Positions 58,901 to 64,000 of a stretch of 64,000 nt of DNA are shown piece after piece (position 1 is the stretch's first letter; every line of letters begins with the position of its first letter). The DNA is from a virus (taxonomy: Duplodnaviria > Caudoviricetes). Made by a program: the position numbers and the translations under genes. The stretch lies in the IMG/VR virus record IMGVR_UViG_3300021255_000131, positions 47,049 through 111,048 of that record; one strand, given 5' to 3'. Under the pieces are notes generated by a model that saw nothing but the letters and a program-made list of their open reading frames with translations, was not told the origin of the DNA and ran no database searches.

Positions 58901-61720
58901 GAGTCCTTTAGGAACCAGATACAGCAAGGTTCTCCTTATGCGCCATTATATCTGAACAATTCACTATTTCCTGTGGTTGACACATTGCAGCAGTACGCTG
59001 GAGATAATTTTGCATATAATCCAGAATTTGATCGTGAAGGTTTTGAAAACTTTATATCTACTACACAAGAAGGTGCTAGCTTCGCATCGTCGATGAATTC
59101 GCTTGAATACGGGGCACAAGTTATGCGAACATTTGGCGAAAACACTGATGAGGCTAACGAATATTGGCGCTTGTTTTTGAATGCACTTTCGGCTAAGTCA
59201 ATAGCGCAAATGGAGCAATGGGGCGACAATACAAAAGAAGTGTCTGATGCTGTATCTGATCTTGGCAAAAATTCAAAAACAGCTTTGTCAACTACTGGAC
59301 AGTTGATAAATAAGATGTCAAAGCTTAACGATCAGGCTTATGCCGCGAGTAAGGCTAAAGGAAAAAGCGGAAGTCAGCTTGATTCAAAAGCACTTGGTGT
59401 GTTGTCATCTGCTACTGGTATCGATCAACAAGCAATGAAGAAAATGACAAAAGAAGAAATCGATGGTCTTGCCGACATGGTTGAATCTTCAGCAAACGAA
59501 GAGTTTTTGCCGATAGGTCAAATAGTGGCAGAAAGATTCCAGGAATCCGTCAATCAGGCTATCGGAAGCGGAAAGATTACGTTGCCGCAAGTGCTTGAAC
59601 TTAGTGTTGATGGACAGGGAACATTTGATTTTGCGGGGATTGAAGCTTTGGCAAAGATGATGTCCGACGAAGAACTTGCGGCTTTGGCAGCGTACGCTGG
59701 TAAAATCGCTACACTTACTGCCAAATACAGCTCTAGCGGAGAACAAATCACAGTTGAAAACGTTTTGACGTCTTTGCTCGGCGGAAGCGGTGCTGGTTAT
59801 AAGAGCGCCGGCGGCGGAGGCGGCGGAGGCGGAGGTAAGTCCGCAGCTCAGAAGCTGATGGAAGAGCTTAAGCGTGAGCAATCTCTCCGCAACCACGAGA
59901 TCAAAATGATACAGTTCCAGGAGACACGGTATCATAACAAAGATGAGTACGGTAACGAGAACGCGATGATCGCGTTGGAGAACGAAGCACAAAAACGTTT
60001 GATTAAAACGTTACAGGACGCTATTGAAAAGACAAAGCAGCAGATGGCGCAGACTAAGAAAGGTTCTGACGATTGGAACAGCTTATACGACAGCGTACTC
60101 AATTACGAAGAAGCGATCGAGCAGGCAACACAGGCAATCGAAGATAATACAAAGAAAATGTTAGAGAACGAAAAAGCTATTTTGAAAACAAGAACCGATC
60201 TTGAGCAATCCGTACTGAAAGAAATTGAAGCAAGAAAGCAGAGAGAACGGGATATGCTTGACGGCACTGTCAGCATGCAAGACATTGTACTTGAAGCGAT
60301 TCGCCAGCGTTATCGCGACGAATGGGAGCTTGTTAAAAAAGACATCGAGAAGAAGAAGGAAGCGCTCGAAGAAGAGAAGAGTTTGATTGATGAGCGTCTG
60401 CAGCGCCGTAAAGATGCTGAAGATGAAGCTGAGAAATATGAAGAGCTTGCCGAGTACAAGAAGCAGCTTGCGCTTATCCAGACGGACAGCACACGTACGA
60501 AGGATGCTGCGAAACTGCGCGAAAAGATTGCTGAAATTGAGAAGGAAATTGCCTGGGATGCTGCTCAGGATGAAGCAGATTATCAGAAAGAACAGATCGA
60601 CGATCAGCTTGAAGCTTACGATGATTTTCTGAACTACGGCGAAGAAGATCTTGAAAGCTTCCTCGAAGACGCTGACAATCTGTCTTCCGAAGTAACGAGT
60701 GTTATGCAGTTAAATCAAGAAGGTTTAATGCAGTGGCTCAGAGAAAACGTTAAAGAATATGCGTTGGCTATGACAGCTGCACAGCAGCAGATGATCCAAG
60801 GCTGGACTGATACGTACGAACAAATGCTTGGCAAAACTCACACGTATTGGGATGAGATCAACGAGATCCTGACCGGCAAACAGACTTGGCTCGAGTATAT
60901 GAAGCAGAGTCAAGAATACATTAACGCAAGCGAAGATGAACGTAAAACAATGTTGATAGAATGGGGCGAAATGTATGATAAATATGTTGCTGCCCATTTG
61001 ACTGGTGCTACGTATAGTCATACTGATGAACAGCTTGCCGGCACCGGAACAAGCGGCAGCGGCGGAGGTTCTGGCGGCGGCGGTGGATCAGGAAGCGGAG
61101 AGTATAAAGTTAAATACAAACCGTCTGGATATATTTGGGGATCTTCTTATGCGTCTGAGAGTGATGCAAAAGCTGCCATTAGCGCTGCTGCTAAGAGAAT
61201 GGGTACGAATGTTGGAGACTATGAGATTATAAAGCCGGCCAATGTAACAACGCCAACGACAACATCTACTACAACGCCTACAACGCATACGATGGCTACT
61301 GTCGGTCCTGATATACCTACAACGTCTACAACAGCAGAAGGCGTTATCGATGAGATATTGCATTATATTTATTCTGGCGGCATTAAGTACGCTTCCGGCG
61401 GCCTCGTAGATTATACAGGTCCTGCCTGGGTTGATGGCACACCGTCCAAACCAGAAGCATTCCTGAGCGCTGAAGACACACAGATGATGCGTAACTGGAT
61501 CGAGAGCGCCAAGTATGTACAGTATCGATCGACGGTCAGCAACATTGACGGTTCCGCGTTTAACGGAAGCTCGCAGAATATTGGCGAGCTGATTATCAAT
61601 ATTACAGAAGCTCAGTTCAAAGACGATGCTGATTTCGACGAAGTTGCAAGACGCGTTGGCAATCAGTTTGTCAAAGAATTATCCAAACAAGGATTCCATA
61701 CGATGAGTTATTCGTTTTAA
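43964..61720 (+). CDS. Giant tape measure protein (5918 aa) with an N-terminal two-barrel RNA polymerase domain, RNAP-3
   Basis: TMP core around aa 1985-2300 (FDTQMRTIQAIT...IGTGLQTIFSRM...AGGRQMN); C-terminal YASGGLVDYTGPAWVDG; RNAP motifs MDGFNLI..FQGR (aa 594-612), VRAP (aa 852) and DFDGD (aa 903-907, nt 46670-46684). Confidence 0.88.
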   Translation: MADEIELSVHIDNQQALMSLTELEVKAGEMSESVQQMQSGMTTQLPGYAEGMAFQYSQFQDNLQRLIDLRRSIDTASSSFDADRLTESFTRSLKTIENVYKDFTENFQFSKTIESNLSGMGDAVKNNLLSSLRELQPELIGELRKFAASATQAVGAQTDKSLLNMFAGSDAFKRLQRQLTQRTSAFGGSDDSSLHNLQTLAKLSMPFAVAQYNRQQIVDWFDKTNAPETFRQMLPKSFQTIPAYLKNTQLRQRGSNAAENRHLTNDEKKALESIITSDSFALDAAVSQGIARKHNGRIFLNEYTTREMINAMAGRVMHDIVNGAQGEARYGITDVEDPDVFYKIIRKNNKMLTGSLQTARVMNDRFGSWLNPGYYEASKGRFSEGGKDLGTVRFAPRIDTRAFAEYTLDEMKHGAQFDGQPVTEEGRPVRPEDYHQITLRDSIHHRKLRATQAGDNVEHNGFSRNAIYLKTPEEAYDYETSPERLKEIEKDLAERIENGYTVNGRHYSYVRHNATHAEFVLDDIIKELGGGDFEKGRNVFLNGAQRRYTDPVKFHKALDYQNKTATDSQRIADLYGSDLRGAKVVVSNLKELGMDGFNLISDEIVPASFQGRENEAAEKATYVKFNMAGLRKLYKDKIDSQGNLVIPKAAPGGQDLVIGPDVTMIEDQANIKNFDSLYRDKKGNLLPLEAINAARSQVMQRGDLSAKVTYEGANTEKRWLSHQMVQTLGPVFTPELRKYFMQNVFDELASLGDDETVRRKLFGGQNIDLNSPAAQQTIQDYRDSIFERISQGDLLGPEGGIQYGMAAPWVPSIVNKALKRAGVSLTKEQENAAIDENNVLFMNMLADTLGIVRAPYSAEGNIVAGNEAVKDNFKALVKTLGLDPNGLYMAPGAPMLSFMQTEDFDGDINAIMDLSGQGVSRNNPRFAAAMNKLMTDAQAWYQKNIVERSGRTQEEQEALKAQRTIQAANQPGAVFDMFDSKTNAHEIIEGAQAGQKMGLANAVDRNAWQYGVSQRVARAHRDSASHYDAVSTFLKERNNFDLTEDERKILSGGAPFAAMFKWINDALEDVDGNRMWTENSQAQFNKHNIDKVNLPSQKQGDIQAALYTRFLAHKQGFDINGKLNLDEIFAKLPEVDLNTATGRMTQQLRNIRRDMGKGLYVALSDSLAEETKLMSTMAYNEITRDVNQDSRFVTTSDKNKEIARRFREAGGEVAKNIDQFVVTESIARGNQDLRNELKQLSDLSGQHSVFGTSYGITFKEPEKVIEQNKRELERIDKENQEKQRRVDEIKAKQAGNGRRLISDTEYMIYDPNISKEQNIKERTEHFKKQGLSQEAIDKDAKAVSDLYDAIESGQIIVDDGKNSKFKVKNNGQWVNLANEEVEELKQLKTLTTEIGDNDERKAAIEQNIDLAENQISAAYNFIKAQERFNGIRSNVGQFTSGLYSSIAKKENELEGLSKADIYYNDKWNMANRLSKELDAFRESQEFAALSTDDQDTINRWLSKDNGLFALVDKDLAETTAFKTKRTLEQYQKKNVKHNGNAAILKDRFEAYDKDIENLIGYRDLLEERLAAGGFDDKTRDLFEKRLVESNKNITSAQGEVGRLKVSEATETLDKIKNTVINDPFQKLKQGAAEAKVQVSALVDVLAKVYKDQGLNDAEIEKKMKNYSTLTQQIDENAAFQKDVLDLQQRSKVRQILGTYSTDIDSYDLERQKAFLDFRQEQSRIAKKYNSGKLITDDERRLLSTSFAEYNRRFDERHLDVSSYLTGEDAVRHKASVNVDNANKIIERIRKSKLNKEEKELREDTIKRMFGDNYVDDQVAAYRIQQSMKDQRQLMQAERAEMQGQQMQRNWNMRGFSDPFSRRYMQRMSMYDQYRSQYSYNKLMAAQAAQAQRERKQALDRLSPNATDEERANAQTSYDTATAALNHWNAALEASQQGMQHFGDESGNFNSSMNAMGAAIDTAAEALDRLIQGFGRQIFNKAISEAKAFTTQFDTQMRTIQAITMKSDSEMATVRRQTIDRAIQLKTPVANVASVEADLYRQGLNDQQVEERTSAIIKFATVAGAKVTDAGKAITTAIQNGLVSSATEAMDVLVALGDTAATTAEQIFRGMQKSAAAAKVAGVSYEELTTLLTIGTSKTQLSGQVIGTGLQTIFSRMNRVTNQGLVNDQSGATTTINDVEAALKSAGVKLRNDDGKSFRNSFDVLRDLSKVWGNLTDIQRSNITYTMAGGRQMNVFQSLMEGMSEDGGAELERLLGMAENSEGTTENKYAISIKSVTAALDELKSTYDSLVNTIAGGNSIAPAIEGVTGIINGFNNLVSNGQSWVAGLAIIGAALVAFGVKAMVANAAVEGFGKGTLGVLGTILSLGAAAGIIAIAGGVGDMVEGASNNTEEARTKKQIESGNKFYEAQMKRTADEQKQIDKVRELGEAYERAEGQMKTEKAEALKSALEGLYTTLGGLSVGFDENGAVVLKWAEAVGEAQKKVTQLRLDAAKVADTAKFKEFSSNLETVFDENNYTVGLYENNGFNSRDIVQNSLTYASQFPGLFYSLAESDTVRNVIKGKTGREVFNDDVYTYLGSIGIAAEDQEKYIVTDENGDKKLNEDALIDYFAAKYLLDLNTQDPEEVYKHIEEAKGQKIENDSAIYLSSVFNWLKGFEGSTEYTEMLNNVGGDMSQIKPETYLEALQNYQQHSQSSSLSGAQINASEAKISTVESYLRNSSRLSYLFKDMDQKVFEGFISQAIKDINPGQYTDAGELANATEAYIGNAVSRYANKDTEFLNKTFNPYDSKYNSQITYTGKDGKTYTFGTEEYVDANDAERIQTLIDQHYNEMTSIDTDPMVSAVEGAGDSIVDAIGALAEVITGDETAKERYEALLSKGKETATTPQTDQTTSEPTMSSFVAPEGAIKIAAGSASDVGPGYKRPEAQAKQMTPQERLTNLYQQGIAAGFTPAELSEMGLNEALFNSLSISGWDANTFESFIGPIEKIIGERNTKLALKHALPYMSLDEMHEAGAIDDSLYTEAKRHRWTYADVYNRGLLNNTILSSEALSNVTSKITEKQEAGNAETRKKAEGAAKLHQMFDGLTDEQIEERKDLLPFLPAYKQLLIDEAFMAGAELKPMSSSVTPLDVDILKDDTERSRKRPEFIKALADKGITSYADFERGLDSQWIDGLLLDVLPAIGWTSKQLVDHGLLTQKQIDEGDYDAIRGVAEMLYGAFFSRKEHDETYGTTSTGISTYKDLQISQTPYDYKETDEPFVGKKDRIRTNSVKEKANEIKIAAAHEGFRRSQHAGATVAESLSIAQQASDAAEEIIEDTIEETLGTDGPVDLPKLGDLQLNEITRNLSDKFSVLSSVGEMLRAPEIIKEAVESVGESIGNMATDLVNGVVSLFTVPTAETDEDPELVSRRIKRSKELEAAKQIEDERLSTETYRTERKRGKQNTKDGLVKSEESGTSGNTLKQVETKERRSLEQIIEDATINGNVNNPDLSGLYSRLLTSSTNVSTLAELNDIIGENADDYEKLFSSNEKLRKIGESLRKGDGEYSIEDFREELRQGAAGTTLKTLMPQITGTAYTYDQQLAALTAVENGTATTEQMDLVAKQWGIDRNTLMNNKGAYTVLERNRLQGEAGAMGRSAATVFNKLFDFEENAENKAIFEALHPEISGGEARFRAFWTQYAGNNEEYKSMMDAYKQAGYTFEMNDQGQVTAKYNGKAVEENPLNPFDWNRRHVSRAQTLADINTVINGGELTGKNIEERKTLLKGYSSEVAQYLEMDDKLRESAEGQELLKKIKIQIEVDGLDNLVAVGELTQEAATAAKNLSAGGILRFDAMKSIRSQTYSNQQLGGLASASPTSFTKEMDQALMSQLGLTEAQYYSQDRTHWQNELQDYLGSDAFETSIVNAYEEEMKNAKSMKDRNEIRARYRTTYGLRGERDGGYSIDRNWYNNQNYQTVNSFKATQPIHTKSQVLEAAREIYGRQLSVEQADTQYKEYADELKSSYPELYEYLNTDNAARKAELETQIKLKFAVDGLADVKEFKTELESIKALAAELSASGTGEQRINALNAGFEDLQYRAYVYQQVDKVRKGEIGYQDVAPEVWKYVAGVVGAKNVETATDAQNYQDIYGTSLIDLLFNNSEGYRQEHEAALTALLQNGQITEEAVTALGGSVRRDKNIDVEGKATVTPRVVLDEDWFSGVNYTPKRKYTTDSVYSRAENMDMLRTIREQEMSLDAAQGIYEDQISQSSSLVKALQLEERRRQGKKVDQAEIDQLWEQAEKDFSSDPLAGQKAQLTTKELVSQVNDIVAAGEAGRDVFKGLDSTVQQQLMNLNGFSQFMLTLGENTEAATQAQKTLARTVLSETVKALEEEGKVIKGLSSDLDTIIYGNVVDSTKQINQTNADLVQMANIGEIYKRLTSGGITREQDWKDFASFFNIREEDLVKYRTGEKSLTADYGSRVTGTETLRADTAMQAAEQIIRASLKDEQLYETKEVEDVPTGFVDRLFYNLYTAAGGSKRMKTVKTEKSTDEIIAGFEGEQLTSINNQLEPFGLTIRDGELVSIDGGMADKPLTMQQRAAIASATRSSAENTSKAHDYRLLLQYGRGFKTRNFRGNMFEALERHAQQLAQGDNFTSDAAEQFFASQEYAELKENNDYEGLMARLFALENGQEASNPYNINSEEVQKYLTAAETGDYKTLAKFSEEKPLLKNYMQTIPGWFNIYSQYTTNQPVDEEELKAFKGERVYAELAEMERLGTIRKGTAQLGRTLTTGTEEEQRQAVNTAGSEIRSAANAKKIVNEMIENTDEITDAQWVALKATGEVGDTEIAYYRQHTDELDKLKTRLESKENDLSTALETALAKAFNLGSFDDIIADGNEQIKAAIEALLNLAGLQLNIDGENVDVGRLKDTRAGSVIVSEAADAVSGYGNKQTNAARRRQFYEIVFESGDATEFNAALDALGKENEWAKDADEWKKVLTEDQASLMMSMLNGGISYESFRNQIQQGSPYAPLYLNNSLFPVVDTLQQYAGDNFAYNPEFDREGFENFISTTQEGASFASSMNSLEYGAQVMRTFGENTDEANEYWRLFLNALSAKSIAQMEQWGDNTKEVSDAVSDLGKNSKTALSTTGQLINKMSKLNDQAYAASKAKGKSGSQLDSKALGVLSSATGIDQQAMKKMTKEEIDGLADMVESSANEEFLPIGQIVAERFQESVNQAIGSGKITLPQVLELSVDGQGTFDFAGIEALAKMMSDEELAALAAYAGKIATLTAKYSSSGEQITVENVLTSLLGGSGAGYKSAGGGGGGGGGKSAAQKLMEELKREQSLRNHEIKMIQFQETRYHNKDEYGNENAMIALENEAQKRLIKTLQDAIEKTKQQMAQTKKGSDDWNSLYDSVLNYEEAIEQATQAIEDNTKKMLENEKAILKTRTDLEQSVLKEIEARKQRERDMLDGTVSMQDIVLEAIRQRYRDEWELVKKDIEKKKEALEEEKSLIDERLQRRKDAEDEAEKYEELAEYKKQLALIQTDSTRTKDAAKLREKIAEIEKEIAWDAAQDEADYQKEQIDDQLEAYDDFLNYGEEDLESFLEDADNLSSEVTSVMQLNQEGLMQWLRENVKEYALAMTAAQQQMIQGWTDTYEQMLGKTHTYWDEINEILTGKQTWLEYMKQSQEYINASEDERKTMLIEWGEMYDKYVAAHLTGATYSHTDEQLAGTGTSGSGGGSGGGGGSGSGEYKVKYKPSGYIWGSSYASESDAKAAISAAAKRMGTNVGDYEIIKPANVTTPTTTSTTTPTTHTMATVGPDIPTTSTTAEGVIDEILHYIYSGGIKYASGGLVDYTGPAWVDGTPSKPEAFLSAEDTQMMRNWIESAKYVQYRSTVSNIDGSAFNGSSQNIGELIINITEAQFKDDADFDEVARRVGNQFVKELSKQGFHTMSYSF

Positions 61721-61726
61721 CGAGAC

Positions 61727-61756
61727 GTCGCCCCGGGCTTTGCCGCCCGGGGCGAC
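61727..61756 (+). terminator. Hairpin after the TMP gene
   Basis: GTCGCCCCGGGC/GCCCGGGGCGAC. Confidence 0.55.
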
Positions 61757-61782
61757 ACTCAAGAATGGATATATATGGAAAG
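61752..61782 (+). promoter_or_regulatory. Phage-specific promoter-like motif B, copy 4
   Basis: GCGACACTCAAGAATGGATATATATGGAAAG upstream of the Dit gene. Confidence 0.7.
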
Positions 61783-61798
61783 GGAAAGAGGGTGAAAT

Positions 61799-62893
61799 AT
61801 GGTTGGAGGGTTTACTTTTGACGGCGTAGATATCGCTGACTTAAATTTAGAATACGCGCCGGAGTTAACGAACACATACGTATATAAACCCGCGGCAGCT
61901 AAGAATCACGAACAAGTGTTTGATGGACATGACGGCGGCTATTATTATGGGTCGTCTACTCAACCTAAAGAGTTTACTTTACGTTGTTTTTATGAAGCAC
62001 AACATGTTTCTGGCGGCGTCATGACAAGAATTTATAACACGTTTAAACGTGGTAAAGCCGGAAGGCTTGTTTTTAAGAAGCGTCCGTGGTGCTGGTATAC
62101 CGCTACAGTCACAAATGTTGAATCCGGGCAGATGTTCAATTTTGAAAACGGTGTTGTCTCTATCTCGCTTAAAGCATACTATCCCTTTGCGAGGTCGGAT
62201 TATTTAGGAATACCGGCAGGCAGCGAATACAGAGAAAGCATGTTGGCCAACAGCGCTTTGATCGATGAGAACGCTGTAAGTTTTGTTACTTCTTTTGCGA
62301 ACATAGGTGAGCCGATCCAGGCTGAGCAAAGCATATTGCTATATAACCCTGGCACTGAACGGGCAAAGGTTGCAATACGTATTGCTGGTGACGTAGGCAC
62401 AGGTATTTCTATAGACAACAATACAACAGGCCAAAGTAGTAGGTTTGTTGCCATTACACCTGATGTATGCGCGAACAACTATTACATACAAAGTGACGGT
62501 TTAAGCGGACAGACAGTTCTGACAAACGGTACAGCTGTAAAGCCTGGGTTCCTTTATCATGACTACGGGTTTATAGAACTTGATCCCGGCTTTCCTGCAT
62601 ATCGTGACGTTATAGTCACTATAGAAAATACAACAGATAACTCTGTTTTTAGCGACGGCAAGTTTACTTCAGACATGCTTGGCAGATATATTTATTTCAG
62701 AAGTGGCGAAAGCGCGAAGATTGTCAATGTAGTTGATGAAAACATAGTTGTGATAGATAAGCACTTGACAAACTCTGACAGTGGACCTGCACAGATTCTG
62801 AAAATGAATGAACTGTATGTAAAGCCGAATCCTGCCGGCGGGCAGATTCGGCTAACAAAGCTTGACTTTATTTTTAAACCTACATATGCGTAA
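61799..62893 (+). CDS. Distal tail protein (Dit)
   Basis: GFTFDGVDI...DGGYYYG...KEFTLRCF...LKAYYPFA; directly after the TMP. Confidence 0.82.
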   Translation: MVGGFTFDGVDIADLNLEYAPELTNTYVYKPAAAKNHEQVFDGHDGGYYYGSSTQPKEFTLRCFYEAQHVSGGVMTRIYNTFKRGKAGRLVFKKRPWCWYTATVTNVESGQMFNFENGVVSISLKAYYPFARSDYLGIPAGSEYRESMLANSALIDENAVSFVTSFANIGEPIQAEQSILLYNPGTERAKVAIRIAGDVGTGISIDNNTTGQSSRFVAITPDVCANNYYIQSDGLSGQTVLTNGTAVKPGFLYHDYGFIELDPGFPAYRDVIVTIENTTDNSVFSDGKFTSDMLGRYIYFRSGESAKIVNVVDENIVVIDKHLTNSDSGPAQILKMNELYVKPNPAGGQIRLTKLDFIFKPTYA

Positions 62894-62916
62894 AGCAGAA
62901 AGGAAGTGAGCATTGC

Positions 62917-64000
62917 ATGCTTAAACACTTACGCAATCTTGTATTGGATATATTTGACTACGCTGGGAACAAGCTGTGCTCACTATATGATCAGACGTCA
63001 GACGCTGGTGGCCAGGCGCATGATGTTGTTGTTACAACTGAGCGCAATGGATGGAAAGAATTATCTTTTACTCTGCCTCAGTTAATGCGTACAGAAGACG
63101 GCGATGTAAAGAATTACAGGTTGGACTATATTAAAGAAGGATACAAGATTCGTTTAATTGACGACGAAGGAACAGACTGGTTTATCTTAAGCGAGACGAA
63201 AGTTCAACACAACAACTATACGAAAACAATTAACGTTACAGCTGGCCATGTATGCCAGCTGTTGAAATATAAAAAACTTGACCTTGAGTTTTCAGACGAT
63301 GAAGGCAACAATGTCGGAACTGCACTAACTCTGTTGGCAACAATCTTAGATGGAACTGGATGGGAACCTGGCGAGGTTGATGAATTCAAAGAGAAGGACG
63401 GAAGCACAAAGTATCGCAGCTTAAAAGCTTCAGTGAAAACTGGTGCGTTCAAGCTTATTGCTAACATGTGCGATCTCTTTGAGGCAAAGCCGATCTATCA
63501 CGGAGATACAAAAACGGTAGACATTAAACCGCTGAATCCGTTCAGTGAGCCAAAGAATGGCGCGTTGCCCGACGTGCTCAATGAAGACGTCGTTGAATTG
63601 CATTATGGAACTAACATCAGCAACGTTACGCGCACGCTAAACGAAGAAAATCTTATCACGAAGTTGTATGCGTACGGTTCTTACGGTGACAAGACAGACG
63701 GCTACTGTGGTATCGACGAGTGCAAACATACTGTATTTACATTAAGCGTCGGCGAAGGCGTAGAACGAGGAGCTGTGTGCCATGTCAATCTGACAGATAC
63801 AGCTGGCGTATCTATCGTAAGATATTTCACTGCCGATAATCATAGAGAAATTATGCAGAAAGTATGGAGCGTGAAATGGTCCGAGTTGGACCCTGCTTCT
63901 CGTATGTATGTATGGGACGAGGCAAATCAGTGCGCATATTTTCTGTACGAAAATCCGGAAGAAAATCATATCGATGCATTCTTCACAGAAACAGATCGAA
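62917..64000 (+). CDS. Tail spike/baseplate hub (Tal-like) protein, partial
   Basis: Manual translation from ATG 62917: ...GWKELSFTLP...ILDGTGWEPGEVD...YGTNISNVTRTLNEENLITKLYAYG; open to the window end. Confidence 0.82.
   Translation, partial: MLKHLRNLVLDIFDYAGNKLCSLYDQTSDAGGQAHDVVVTTERNGWKELSFTLPQLMRTEDGDVKNYRLDYIKEGYKIRLIDDEGTDWFILSETKVQHNNYTKTINVTAGHVCQLLKYKKLDLEFSDDEGNNVGTALTLLATILDGTGWEPGEVDEFKEKDGSTKYRSLKASVKTGAFKLIANMCDLFEAKPIYHGDTKTVDIKPLNPFSEPKNGALPDVLNEDVVELHYGTNISNVTRTLNEENLITKLYAYGSYGDKTDGYCGIDECKHTVFTLSVGEGVERGAVCHVNLTDTAGVSIVRYFTADNHREIMQKVWSVKWSELDPASRMYVWDEANQCAYFLYENPEENHIDAFFTETDR

Noticed and set aside
1-64000. Integrase, att sites or lysis cassette
   Set aside because: None recognised in this window, so lifestyle (temperate or lytic) cannot be settled here.

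Overview
64 kb of a large tailed phage genome, probably an SPbeta-like siphovirus of a Bacillota/Clostridia host (inferred from gene order and GGAGG-type RBSs). It has two divergent arms. The minus-strand arm (1-25.4 kb) carries early, replication and regulatory genes: primase-helicase, two SSBs, a Sak3-like SSAP, RNase HI, XRE regulators and a tRNA cluster. The plus-strand arm (26.2-64 kb) carries packaging, head and tail genes. Main points: (1) an apparent operon with a ubiquitin-like protein, E2-like, JAB and E1/ThiF genes, immediately followed by a retron-type reverse transcriptase whose msr/msd-like ncRNA lies downstream of the RT; (2) three two-barrel single-subunit RNA polymerases with DxDGD motifs, one inside the N-terminal part of a 5918-aa tape measure protein, plus two classes of repeated promoter-like motifs; (3) seven small SH3/KOW-like proteins sharing a C-terminal [E/D]FxxML tag; (4) a major tail protein gene split by two group I introns, one with a GIY-YIG endonuclease; (5) several structured antisense ncRNA candidates, a type I toxin-like peptide and a frameshifted terminase. 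All calls come from reading motifs by eye; no database searches were run.
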